Part shown: positions 1 through 11,088 of the stretch, one piece after another | How the letters are laid out: each line of letters opens with the position of its first letter | Position numbering within the stretch: the first letter of the stretch is position 1 | Source of the DNA: Octopus bimaculoides | Taxonomy: Eukaryota | Direction of reading: 5' to 3' | DNA: 54,227 bases | NCBI RefSeq assembly: GCF_001194135.2 | Contig: NC_068987.1 | Coordinates: 57,716,935 to 57,771,161, forward strand | The notes under the pieces: generated by a model | Told to the model about the DNA's origin: nothing | What the model saw: the letters and a program-made list of their open reading frames with translations, nothing else | Databases searched by the model: none | Made by a program: the position numbers and the translations under genes

Positions 1-12
1 TATATATATATA

Positions 13-250
13 GGTGCAGGAGTGGCTGTGTGGTAAGTAGCCTGCTTACCAGCCACATGTTTCCTGGTTCAGTCCCACTGTGTGGCACCTTCGGCAAGTG
101 TCTTCTATAGCCTCCGGCTGACCAGAGCTTTGTGAGTGAATGAATGTGTTAGTCGGAAACTGAAAGAAGCCCGTCAAATATATGTATATGTATATGTATA
201 TATGTGCAGGTGTGTGTGTGTGTATGTGTGTTTTTGTGAGTATCGTATTG
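13..250 (+). mobile_element. tRNA-derived SINE, family A, 5' half followed by TA/TG microsatellite
   Basis: Pol III A-box-like TGGCTGTGTGG (23-33) and B-box-like GGTTCAGTCCC (66-76). The body (GGCAAGTGTCTTCTA...GACCA...GGAAACTGAAAGAAGCCCGTC) is shared with the copy at 17453. Confidence 0.85.
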
Positions 251-2270
251 TGTTTGATAAATAAGACTAAAATATACACAAAATATAGGACTCAAGTTTT
301 TGATAGAGATATACGTCTTCACTAGTCGTATGGGCTTTATTCCAAATTGATAAGAAATTCCATAGGAACGAAATAATTCTGGAATTAGTAAAAGTAGCAG
401 GAATTTATGTCCCCATTAAGAAAAACTCTTGATGTTATATCGAACATTGAATAAAAAACACAGCTAAAACTCATTTAGAGGAGAACATCTACGTCAGGAA
501 AGATAAGTACTTTCGAAAAAAATATATTACATTTAATCGAAAAAGAAAATGGAAATACTGGATTTATCAAGAGTTAAATACACATGATTGTGCGGTTATA
601 TAACCGACCAGGAAATTGAATCATATTATTATCATTTATTTGCCAGATTAGTATAACCAAAGAACTATTGTGTTCTTTCCTCACATCTATAAGAGAATGG
701 AATTACTTCATCATACGTTAAATTCATTCACTGTAGCATCGACATTGTGGTAAGTACTTTCTAATGTCCGCATTAGTCATTCATATGTTACATTTTTCGG
801 AGGTGGTTCTTATTGTCCGAATTACCGATTACTGAATTTATATAGATAATTACTGTAGTGGGCTGTGCAGGAATGACATCCTGATATATATGTGCACCGT
901 TGTTCGGAGAATCAGTATTCCTAGTGCTAAACCTAACACTAACCATAACACAATGAAACAAAGCGTCGTGTTAATAATACTATAATTATTACTCAGGCAT
1001 TTATTGCAGCTATTAAGTTACTTACTGTCTATTATACAGTTGCTTAGTATGCTACGCTCGGAGTTGTTGAGCAAGATAGCTAAACGTTGGTTATCTTATC
1101 CAAAGCTCAGAAGAATGTGGAAGCAATATTCAAGGATATCCTGCAATATCCTGTAGCATAATCCAACTGGAATATATTATAAGATATTTCGCTTTCCTAA
1201 TCAGTTATAACTATCGTTGCCTCCCGTAGCATTAGGTGTTGATTCGCCTCCTGTGCTGTAAGTTAGGCATGCTTTTAGCAGTGGTTAGGCTTACTTCTAC
1301 CTGATATTTGCTCGCTCTCTGATCATAGTTGTCGAAGAATCCATTTTGGGTTCGAGTATACCTAGACATCACTTCTGCTAATATTTCGACTTTTAGTTTT
1401 TTTTAATGTTGTAAACCTTATTTTTGTCACCATTATCCCTGCTGCTTATTTTGATGTGGCCACTATTATTACAATTACTTAACTTGCTATGCTTAGCAGG
1501 CTATACATCGTTTACTTCCCTAAAGGGGTGGGGTTGATCTAATCGCCCGGCCATAGATGGAAAAGTTCTCAGACTATTAGAGATACTTATCCAGCCTTAG
1601 TACGTGCAACGTTATAGTGGGTTGCATTCTGTGAGCTCCCATCAACTTAGGAAAGGCGATAGTTGGAAGAGGTTCTTGCTCAGAGATATAAATATTTATA
1701 TATTTATATGTATATACCAATTTTACATGGTTTTAAATCTAGCGCTGTTACAAAGCAATATGGAATGTAAGGAACCGACCTTCACGAAGGTAAATAATAA
1801 ACTAAACAATAAATAAATATGGTAAAAAGAAATATGTTCTGTTAAATGCGCCGTTAAACAGCGAGCCCTGACGGTATAGATTTAGTGTTGTACGAATAAA
1901 AGTTGCTGTTATAAAATGTTTCTATGGAAAGTTCTGTCCATTGATAGACAAGTAAAACTCTGTTTTGTAAATTATTGGATATTACTTGTGGAAAATACCT
2001 ATTTTCCACCACTTTATAATAATTATTATATGGTTCCCCCATAGGAGTAGAGAAAAAATTTATATCTATACGTAATTAAAGATACGATATTGTTATTCTC
2101 ATAACGATTTCTCTTTCGGTCTTTGGGTTCCCATGCATACATACATACATACATACATACATACATACATACACACATACACACATACATATATATACAC
2201 ACACGCATTGGTATGCCTGTACATGTAGATGCATAGACGTATACCTATATGTGTGAGCGTGAATGTGTAC

Positions 2271-2301
<31 letters not shown>

Positions 2302-2535
2302 AATATTGATAATATAGGGTAAAATTAGTAATAATTTTACCAGGTAGCCAGTACGTAAATTAAAAACTTTTAAAATTATATACATAATTATAACAAGGGG
2401 TCAGCTATTTGCCTCGCCACGTACTGAATTAGAAATAGACGCTAATGTCTTTTTTACTACCATAAAATCTGCGAGAAAATAACACACTTATAATGTAGGC
2501 AAAAGAAAAATGCTGAATAACAAGGNNNNNNNNNN

Positions 2536-2608
<73 letters not shown>

Positions 2609-3332
2609 CACATAATTTTATGCATGCATCTACGTATTCATATCTGTTTGCCTGTCTGTTTATGTATGTAAGTATGTATGTATGTATGTATTTATTTATT
2701 TATTCATCTACCTATATATATTTCTATGCACTTGTGTGTGTTGTGCGTGTATGTAAGTATAAGAAATACATACATCAAATATATAATTATCTTGGCCATT
2801 GGCTGATAATATAACAGGAACAGGAACTGAAACCGGTCAACGAAATTGATTTGTGAGAAGCTTAGTACCCTAATACGTAGACATAAAGGCAATAAATTAT
2901 CAAAGAACAAGATGTATGAGAATACACTGGCAGCTTCATGTTTTAGCAGACGCGGCATAATATTGAATATTAACGAGCATTTGAACAGTTTTGGCCGAAT
3001 GCCTGCCTCTATTGTTTGGATTGAAACGGAATTTCAATCAAATAACAAATCATTAGCGTTATTTTGGTCTATTTTCAGGTCTCTATATAATATGAAGCTA
3101 TATATTTTGTTATGATCCCTGCTAATGGATGTTAGATATTTGCGAGCTTTAAGAGGTAGACAGATAGAATTAGACAACCTCATATGTAGTTGTCAACAAG
3201 CGGGAAATTTAGAGATATAATTGATACATTTTATTCCAGATTCTCATGTTTGTGCCCCCAGCTGTATATTACACAAGCATATATCACGAGATTATAGTCG
3301 TTTAACACACAAACACAACACATAAATAATAC

Positions 3333-3372
<40 letters not shown>

Positions 3373-4201
3373 NNNNNNNNNNNNNNNNNNNNNNNNNNNN
3401 NNNNNNNNNNNNNNNNNNNNNNNNNNNNNNNNNNNNNNNNNNNNNNNNNNNNNNNNNNNNNNNNNNNNNNNNNNNNNNNNNNNNNNNNNNNNNNNNNNNN
3501 NNNNNNNNNNNNNNNNNNNNNNNNNNNNNNNNNNNNNNNNNNNNNNNNNNNNNNNNNNNNNNNNNNNNNNNNNNNNNNNNNNNNNNNNNNNNNNNNNNNN
3601 NNNNNNNNNNNNNNNNNNNNNNNNNNNNNNNNNNNNNNNNNNNNNNNNNNNNNNNNNNNNNNNNNNNNNNNNNNNNNNNNNNNNNNNNNNNNNNNNNNNN
3701 NNNNNNNNNNNNNNNNNNNNNNNNNNNNNNNNNNNNNNNNNNNNNNNNNNNNNNNNNNNNNNNNNNNNNNNNNNNNNNNNNNNNNNNNNNNNNNNNNNNN
3801 NNNNNNNNNNNNNNNNNNNNNNNNNNNNNNNNNNNNNNNNNNNNNNNNNNNNNNNNNNNNNNNNNNNNNNNNNNNNNNNNNNNNNNNNNNNNNNNNNNNN
3901 NNNNNNNNNNNNNNNNNNNNNNNNNNNNNNNNNNNNNNNNNNNNNNNNNNNNNNNNNNNNNNNNNNNNNNNNNNNNNNNNNNNNNNNNNNNNNNNNNNNN
4001 NNNNNNNNNNNNNNNNNNNNNNNNNNNNNNNNNNNNNNNNNNNNNNNNNNNNNNNNNNNNNNNNNNNNNNNNNNNNNNNNNNNNNNNNNTGTGTGTGTGT
4101 GTGTGTACATATGTATGTAACAGGAATAAAGGTACGAACGGTCTTACATGCATACATCCATGCATGTATGGATGACATTATGTGTGTGTGTCTGTGTGTG
4201 T

Positions 4202-4240
<39 letters not shown>

Positions 4241-4504
4241 TATATTGTATATTCAGTTTAGCTGACCTTCAGCCTGTACTGAATAGACTTTACACCTGCT
4301 TTAGCGAAGGCATCAGTATGGTTGTTAGTTCGGTGCCTTTGTTGATATGTCGGACCTCCAGCGTATATGTACGTATGCAGCACCATGGCCAACGAACGGC
4401 CAGAAGCACCGCTACGCCACATTGAACCGGAACTGTAAAGTCAACTTGACTTCGTTTATTCTTTCTATCGGTGCAGGCATTGTCTGTAATGTTGAGAAGA
4501 TCGT

Positions 4505-4630
4505 TTCAAAATTACAAAGCTTCGAATTCTAGTCAAATGTGTGAAAAATCTGACAGCTCTCTGCTATAATTTCGTGTTGACCAAAGCCTTGTGATTGAAA
4601 TTCGGTAGATAGGAACTGTATGAATGTCCA
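4505..4630 (+). mobile_element. degenerate family A SINE fragment
   Basis: GACCAAAGCCTTGTGATTGAAATTCGGTAGATAGGAACTG aligns by eye to the family A body. Confidence 0.5.
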
Positions 4631-6084
4631 TGGAAGTTCTATTCTACGGTGAAACACTTAATATGACGCCCAGTGTAACGCCACAAATTAGGTTCTTGGG
4701 TTCCTTTAACGGAGTCCACTCTTTAACAAGCATTCGAGACTGGTCTCTGGTGTGGAGATGATTTCCTCTTATTTTTCTTTCTGAGCTACATGGCCGAGAA
4801 ACGGTCATGGTCCTCGCTCTTCCTCCTTTTAATTAAAAATAAAACGTCTGATATGCAAACAACTTTTCCAAGGTGTCTATTTCTAGTAACATCGTGCGAA
4901 CACTTAGTTCTGAGCGGCTGGTAACCACATTTTTTTTTATACATTTAATTGAATATCTCAGAAGAAGTTTTGGTACTTGTTTTTACGCAACCAAAATGTA
5001 ATGATTAAAAAATGTATATTGTGTTAGGGTTTCTAACCATGGAAAAATGTATAAAAAAAGATTTAAATAGATATTTATTTGTAAATATAACAATAAAAAT
5101 GCTGCTATTCCAAGTATATGGAACTTAAAAGGCCGAGGTGAAATGAAAATTTTAGACGAGTCAACTCGTTAAAAATAATGATTCCGGCAACACGTTAAAG
5201 ATGATAATTGCTTCTAAGCACGAAAAACCTTATTTCGTCATTTGCCCTGCTAAAATGGCATCGAAAGTGTCATAAAGTCACTCTTCATCGTCATGTATAC
5301 TCCATTTTATAAATGAAGACTGCAATGAACAATGTAGTTCTCGATATATTATATATGATAATGTAGTCTTTGATAAACTATTTCTGAATAAACGGAAAAG
5401 TGGTCATGTATGACTGAATAAGCGACGATAAAGAACTGAGTTAAGATAAACAATAAGTACAACCACAATAATTATCTTTACACTCTTCGATATAAATTAG
5501 CATAATTAGGTATGTCGTGCTATATAGTGTAATAGATAACATTTACTATGAAGTCCGTATAATGATATACGGTATTGGACTCAATCAAGTATATTTTCGC
5601 TTGTGTAGCTATTATGCTTTCGCAACAAAACTGAAATTGCTACTTATAGATTAGTCTGAATTAAAGTAATATTGCCTTATTTATTGAATAATATAAGCGT
5701 GTAGCTTGACTTATATTTCGTGATGTGCCAATAAGAGAACCTGTATGTATGTATGTATGTATGTATGTTATCAATCAGTTTCATTTCTGTATTTCTTGTG
5801 AATAAAGAAAGAGCCGGACTCTAACATAGATTCAAGGCTCCTTCATTGGAACTTTTATCAACATCATCTAGGTATTTGTGCATATGTGTGTGTGTGCAGT
5901 ATTTGGTGTTAGTGTATGCGCAGATTTGTATGTTTGTCTTATGGATGCGTTTTTATGTATATATTTTCATGTCTAGATGCATGCACATGTATTTATGTGC
6001 TAAATTTTTGGAAAGTTTTACATATCCTTACAGTTCCATTAATGGCTTGAATCTGTAGTCTTCTAATCAGCCTTTTTCTTTCAG

Positions 6085-6146
6085 GTTTTGAGAACCCTAA
6101 TTTTTCCAGGTTTTTGTTGAGACAGTTCGTTACATATCCCAATGCC
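6085..6146 (+). other. candidate internal coding exon (62 bp, phase 1 to 0; xFENPNFSRFLLRQFVTYPNA)
   Basis: Upstream CTAAT, then CCTTTTTCTTTCAG acceptor. Downstream GCC|GTAAGT donor. Only one frame is open. The peptide is not recognised. Confidence 0.3.
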
Positions 6147-6718
6147 GTAAGTGTGTATGTATGTATGTATGTATGTATGTATGTATGTATGTATGTATGT
6201 ATGTATGTATGTGTTTGCTTAATTGTTTAGAAACTGCAAAGAATTCTCACTCAGAACACACACCACCGGCTAAGTAAAGGAAGAAAACGCTGGACAATAT
6301 AGTCCTGGATATGCAAAAGACGGTATGGTTATAGCTGGGGAGACTTTCAGCCATAGGTTTGCACGGATCAGGTTGATCAGGACTCCAAATTTGTTTTTTT
6401 AGATAGGATCTGAATACGACACAACAAATAAAATATACAAAATGTCGTTTATAGTTAGCTTTCAAAGGATATAAATGCTAGCAACAAATCAATACAACAA
6501 AAAGCAAACATTTAAATGTCGATCCTAAAATATTTCCCTGATTAAGAGCATTTGATTTTTTTGTTGTTTCTTTACTGGATTTATTGCGTACAGGATAGTG
6601 CGTAGAGAAAAGATCGATACTATTTGAGATGCAATCAAAGAGTGAATTGACTGATCTAATTTAACGTGTAAACCAACCGACACAGATGTACTGCGACATT
6701 TACATATCAAAATGAGCT

Positions 6719-6774
6719 AGAGAGAGAGAGAGAGAGAGAGAGAGGCAGAGAGAGAGAGAGAGAGAGAGAGAGGC

Positions 6775-6805
<31 letters not shown>

Positions 6806-6850
6806 GATAGAGAGAGAGAAAAACAGACAGACAGAGACACAGAGAGTGCG
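6719..6850. repeat. (GA)n microsatellite with GGCA/GATA/GACA interruptions
   Basis: Directly visible. Confidence 0.95.
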
Positions 6851-6948
6851 AGAAGACAGGAGCACAGACAGATAGGTGGGTGAGGAAAAAAAACGATAGG
6901 GTAAATGAACAACAAATATGAGTAACAAAAGATTAATAATAATAACAA

Positions 6949-7152
6949 GGTTTCAAATTTTGGCACAGGTCCAGCAGTTTTTCAGGGTTGGGGGAGTCGA
7001 TTACATCGACTTTTGTACTTGATTGGCAGTTATTTTATCAATCCCGAAAGAATCAAAGACAGTTGATCTCGGCGGCTTTTGAAGTCAGAATGTAAAGCCA
7101 GACGAAATGCCACTATGCATTTTACAAGGCGTGCTAACGATTTTGTTAGCTT
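6949..7152 (-). mobile_element. tRNA-derived SINE, family B
   Basis: Matches the motif string GGCACAAGG...GTCGATTACATCGAC...TTATCGACCCCGAAAGGATGAAAGGCAAAGTCGACCTCGGCGGAATTTGAACTCAGAACG...GCTAACGATT shared by about 18 copies in the window. Confidence 0.85.
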
Positions 7153-7192
7153 GAAGTCTTAACGACAATATAGTGATAATAACATTTTTACA

Positions 7193-7520
7193 ATAGGCAC
7201 AAGACCTGAAACTGGAAGAAGGGCTAATCGATTGGATTGACATCAGTACGCACTAGTATGCTGCGCTATTTAAATCGTTAGTATTTTGTCCGGCGTGCTA
7301 ACGACGTTCCCGGCGCACGCCTTATATGATGATGATGATGATGATGATGATAATCCTTTCTGCTATAGGCACAAAGCCTGAAATTTTGGGGAAGAGACTA
7401 GACGATTACATTGACCCCAGTACTCGACTGGTATTTATTTTATCGATCCTGAAATGATGAAAGGCAAGGTCAAACTAGGCAGAATTTTAATTCAGAACGT
7501 AAAGTCGGAAGAAATGGGGC
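7193..7520 (-). mobile_element. two further family B SINE copies (7193-7325 internally deleted; 7353-7520 head-truncated) separated by (GAT)n
   Basis: Same motif string; the tail TAATCCTTTCTGCTATAGGCACAAAGCCTG follows the (GAT)n. Confidence 0.8.
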
Positions 7521-7564
7521 TATACCTTCCCCACCCTGCACTCTAAAGATTCTACCAGGGCCCC

Positions 7565-7590
7565 GCGTTAATAACAACAACAACAACAAC

Positions 7591-7628
<38 letters not shown>

Positions 7629-7651
7629 CAACAACAACAACAATAATAATA

Positions 7652-7702
<51 letters not shown>
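7565..7702. repeat. (AAT)n/(AAC)n compound microsatellite
   Basis: Directly visible; runs into a 10-N gap. Confidence 0.95.
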
Positions 7703-7712
7703 NNNNNNNNNN

Positions 7713-7865
7713 ATTGCACTACTGGGTACTGCACACATTCTACGCAAAACACTTTCAATACAGTAAACATAAGAGCACCACAGCAAACCACAGCACATAC
7801 CCAAGGCGCACAGAGCTGCGCTCGGTAGTGAAGTGAAAGCACGTTATAAAAATAAAACTACTGAA
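7713..7865 (+). mobile_element. 3' end of R4/Dong-type non-LTR retrotransposon, subfamily 2 (ORF end IALLGTAHILRKTLSIQ* plus 3' UTR)
   Basis: The C-terminal (T/I)ALLGTA(H/R)ILRK motif is typical of restriction-like-endonuclease R4/Dong ORFs. (TAA)n lies on both sides (a 10-N gap on the left). Identical to 49586-49738. Confidence 0.8.
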
Positions 7866-7884
7866 TAATAATAATAATAAAGCG

Positions 7885-8150
7885 AAATTGCTTACTTATC
7901 CACCGGTCATGCCAGGAAGAAAAACAAAAAATACAATCCCTTAAAGTTTGAAATAGGAAGAATTTGGAGCATGTGAATAGTAAAGGTGGTACCTATGATA
8001 ATCGTTGCGTTGGGAACAGCAAGCAAAGATATAGACAATAGCTGAAGGGGATTGAAATAGAATACTTGGTAGAGCTCCTACGGGAAGTTTTGTCTCTTAG
8101 GGACAGCAAGTATTATCGGGAGTGTTGCAAGCACTTAAAAGAGGGTCAAA
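7885..8150 (+). mobile_element. degenerate 3' fragment of R4/Dong-type element, subfamily 3
   Basis: Translates KYNPLKFEIGRIWSM*IVKVVPMIIVALGTASKD...CLLGTASIIGSV, homologous to the peptide at 48271-48760. It lies between two (TAA)n tracts. Confidence 0.7.
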
Positions 8151-9612
8151 AATAATAATAATAATAATAGCAACAATAACAACAACCACAATAACAACAA
8201 CAGATTCTAGTGAAAAGTGAGCAATATACCGCAGGGCAGATGTGAAATGTAGACCACATTTCGAAATACTCATTAAAAATTTTAGTATTCGGTGTTTAAT
8301 GTTAAAAACCTTCATTGCGTCTATATACATGTAGATGTAGTGTGTATGTTGTAGTTGCAAGTGAACTAAACTTTAAAGAATTAGATTGATCTATAACGAA
8401 GATGAGGCTTAAATAAATGGCCCTTCCTTTTCCGTTAAAACGTTTAGACCCTTGCGTGTCTTTAAAGGAGTCTATCCTATTATAGGTAATCGGTTATCTC
8501 TCCGATTTTACCGACCTTTCACCACTCGTTTCGAAGCACTTTTAATAAGGTTACGGGTGATGCCCTTCCTTTTCTGAATAAGTACAAGTAAAATACCTCA
8601 AAATCATAGCCGCATGCCAACTGGTTCACCTCTTCCCTCTTTTTAAACCCGATATCATAAATATGACTGAAAGCTTCGTAAAAGAATTATGCAAAAGAGA
8701 CCAAATTTGAAACGCTCATGTATTAAAGAAGCCAATAATATTAAATAAACAGAAACGTACGAGCCATTTATGAGGAAAGGAATTAACTACAGACTAATGT
8801 GAAATTGTAAGAATGTCGTATTTTAAAATATTTTCATGTTTACTTTTAAAATGATAGTATTGGATTTTCTCTAATTACCCAAATGAAAAAAATTAGTCAC
8901 AAAAATGTCATTGGGAAATTTTCAACGAATTTCGTTCACTTTAATTGCATGTTATCAGACATCCTACATGTAAAATATGATGGCATAGATTTTAATAGTA
9001 ATGTTTGCATTAGATATTACGTAATAATTATTAAAAACATGTGGTGCATTTTTTTATATCATGCAATTATATGAAAGCCGATGTTTCTAAACGATAATAT
9101 AGAAATAGACTGCGTTTTAGAAATATTTGATGTTTTAATACTCAATTTTGTCGACAAGAAATCAGAATCAATAATTTAGTTATTTGCATTTCAATAAGTG
9201 CTTACTTTCTGAACACACACACACACACATACATACACACACACACACATACATACACACACACACATACATACATACATACACAAGCGCGCGCGCGTAT
9301 GTATGTAAGTATGTATATTTCTATGTATGTGTGTGTTGTACAAACATGTATAGAAGGTACACTCATAGAAGATACACACACGCGCACACTGATATATATT
9401 TATAAAAAATGAATTATACATTTGTGTTTAATATTACTTTATTTAAGGATGCCTGATCTCACACACAAAATATGCTAACACACGTTTTATCTTTAATGTT
9501 TGCATTGCTCTTCTGAAACCACACGGTTGTTTGACTGATGGCATTTACGTTCCTTTTGAACTGTTGCAAGCTGACAATTGCAAAAGAAAATGTGAGGGAG
9601 TTTCTGCGGTTT

Positions 9613-9678
9613 CTGGAGCGCCTGCTTTTCCGCTTTTTGTGGAGAGACAGAGGTCCACTGCTCAGAAACTCTATTTGA
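9613..9678 (+). mobile_element. small L1/Tx1-like ORF2 relic
   Basis: LERLLFRFLWRDRGPLLRNSI resembles RLFFPFLWKGRDPLVRRSV in the LINE at 38.8 kb. Confidence 0.35.
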
Positions 9679-9744
9679 GTGCAATACCTTTATCACTAAG
9701 TCATGCGCCTTCATAATATGTATATGTGTGTGTATCTTTGTGTA

Positions 9745-9950
9745 TATGGCTGTCCTCTCACACCGCTTGACAACCGATGCTTATGTGCTTACTGTCTGTT
9801 TCTTAGCGGTTCGACAAAAGAAACCGATAAAATAAGTTACGGGATTTTAAAAGATAAGTACTGGGGTTGATACATTAGTTTGATTTTTCAAGGCGATTCC
9901 CCAGTATGGCTGCAGTCTAATGAGTGAGGCAAGTAAAAGATAAAAAATAT
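9745..9950 (+). mobile_element. family A SINE, 3' half
   Basis: GCTTGACAACCG...GTACTGGGGTTGAT...CAAGGC...CCAGTATGGCTGCAGTCTAATGA...AAAAGATAAAA aligns to 17740-17930. Confidence 0.75.
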
Positions 9951-10974
9951 ATATATCAGTCAATGAATGACAAAAGAATAAGGGTTACATGATATTTACA
10001 TACAGAATATAAATGATATATATATATATATANNNNNNNNNNNNNNNNNNNNNNNNNNNNNNNNNNNNNNNNNNNNNNNNNNNNNNNNNNNNNNNNNNNN
10101 NNNNNNNNNNNNNNNNNNNNNNNNNNNNNNNNNNNNNNNNNNNNNNNNNNNNNNNNNNNNNNNNNNNNNNNNNNNNNNNNNNNNNNNNNNNNNNNNNNNN
10201 NNNNNNNNNNNNNNNNNNNNNNNNNNNNNNNNNNNNNNNNNNNNNNNNNNNNNNNNNNNNNNNNNNNNNNNNNNNNNNNNNNNNNNNNNNNNNNNNNNNN
10301 NNNNNNNNNNNNNNNNNNNNNNNNNNNNNNNNNNNNNNNNNNNNNNNNNNNNNNNNNNNNNNNNNNNNNNNNNNNNNNNNNNNNNNNNNNNNNNNNNNNN
10401 NNNNNNNNNNNNNNNNNNNNNNNNNNNNNNNNNNNNNNNNNNNNNNNNNNNNNNNNNNNNNNNNNNNNNNNNNNNNNNNNNNNNNNNNNNNNNNNNNNNN
10501 NNNNNNNNNNNNNNNNNNNNNNNNNNNNNNNNNNNNNNNNNNNNNNNNNNNNNNNNNNNNNNNNNNNNNNNNNNNNNNNNNNNNNNNNNNNNNNNNNNNN
10601 NNNNNNNNNNNNNNNNNNNNNNNNNNNNNNNNNNNNNNNNNNNNNNNNNNNNNNNNNNNNNNNNNNNNNNNNNNNNNNNNNNNNNNNNNNNNNNNNNNNN
10701 NNNNNNNNNNNNNNNNNNNNNNNNNNNNNNNNNNNNNNNNNNNNNNNNNNNNNNNNNNNNNNNNNNNNNNNNNNNNNNNNNNNNNNNNNNNNNNNNNNNN
10801 NNNNNNNNNNNNNNNNNNNNNNNNNNNNNNNNNNNNNNNNNNNNNNNNNNATATATGTGTGTGTGTGTGTGTGTGCATATATATATTATTTATATTATTA
10901 TTTGATTGAACGCTACGCATCCATTTCCAAGTAAGTTTGTCCTAATATATAATATAAATAACATGGGCATCATT

Positions 10975-11088
10975 CAATGTCGGTCCACTCCCTGGGGCAA
11001 TAGTAGAGAGACTTATCAAAGGTGTTACACACTGAGACTGAGCCCAATATGACATGGTCGGGAAGCAAGCGTCTTAACCGCGCAACCA
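10975..11088 (-). mobile_element. degenerate family A SINE head
   Basis: The reverse complement reads GGTTGCGCGGTTAAGACGCTTGCTTCCCGACCATG...GGGCTCAGTCTCAGTGTGTAACACC, matching the family A head. Confidence 0.6.

Noticed and set aside
13-90. tRNA genes at SINE heads
   Set aside because: A/B boxes are present but no complete cloverleaf, and each continues into a SINE body.
925-950. AAACCTAACACTAACCATAAC, a degenerate telomere-like stretch
   Set aside because: Too short and degenerate, and I found no TIR or TSD around it. It may be an older relative of the MITE-type repeat.
2026-2814. ORFs such as MYVCMYV, CVCVCV, YIYIYI, THTHTH, poly-N/I/Y/T/L (many across the window)
   Set aside because: They are translations of di-, tri- and tetranucleotide microsatellites.
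3231-4178. Long ORFs made of X residues (also at 10.0-10.9, 13.3-13.9, 41.8-42.3, 48.6-49.7 and 53.0-53.7 kb)
   Set aside because: They only span N gaps.
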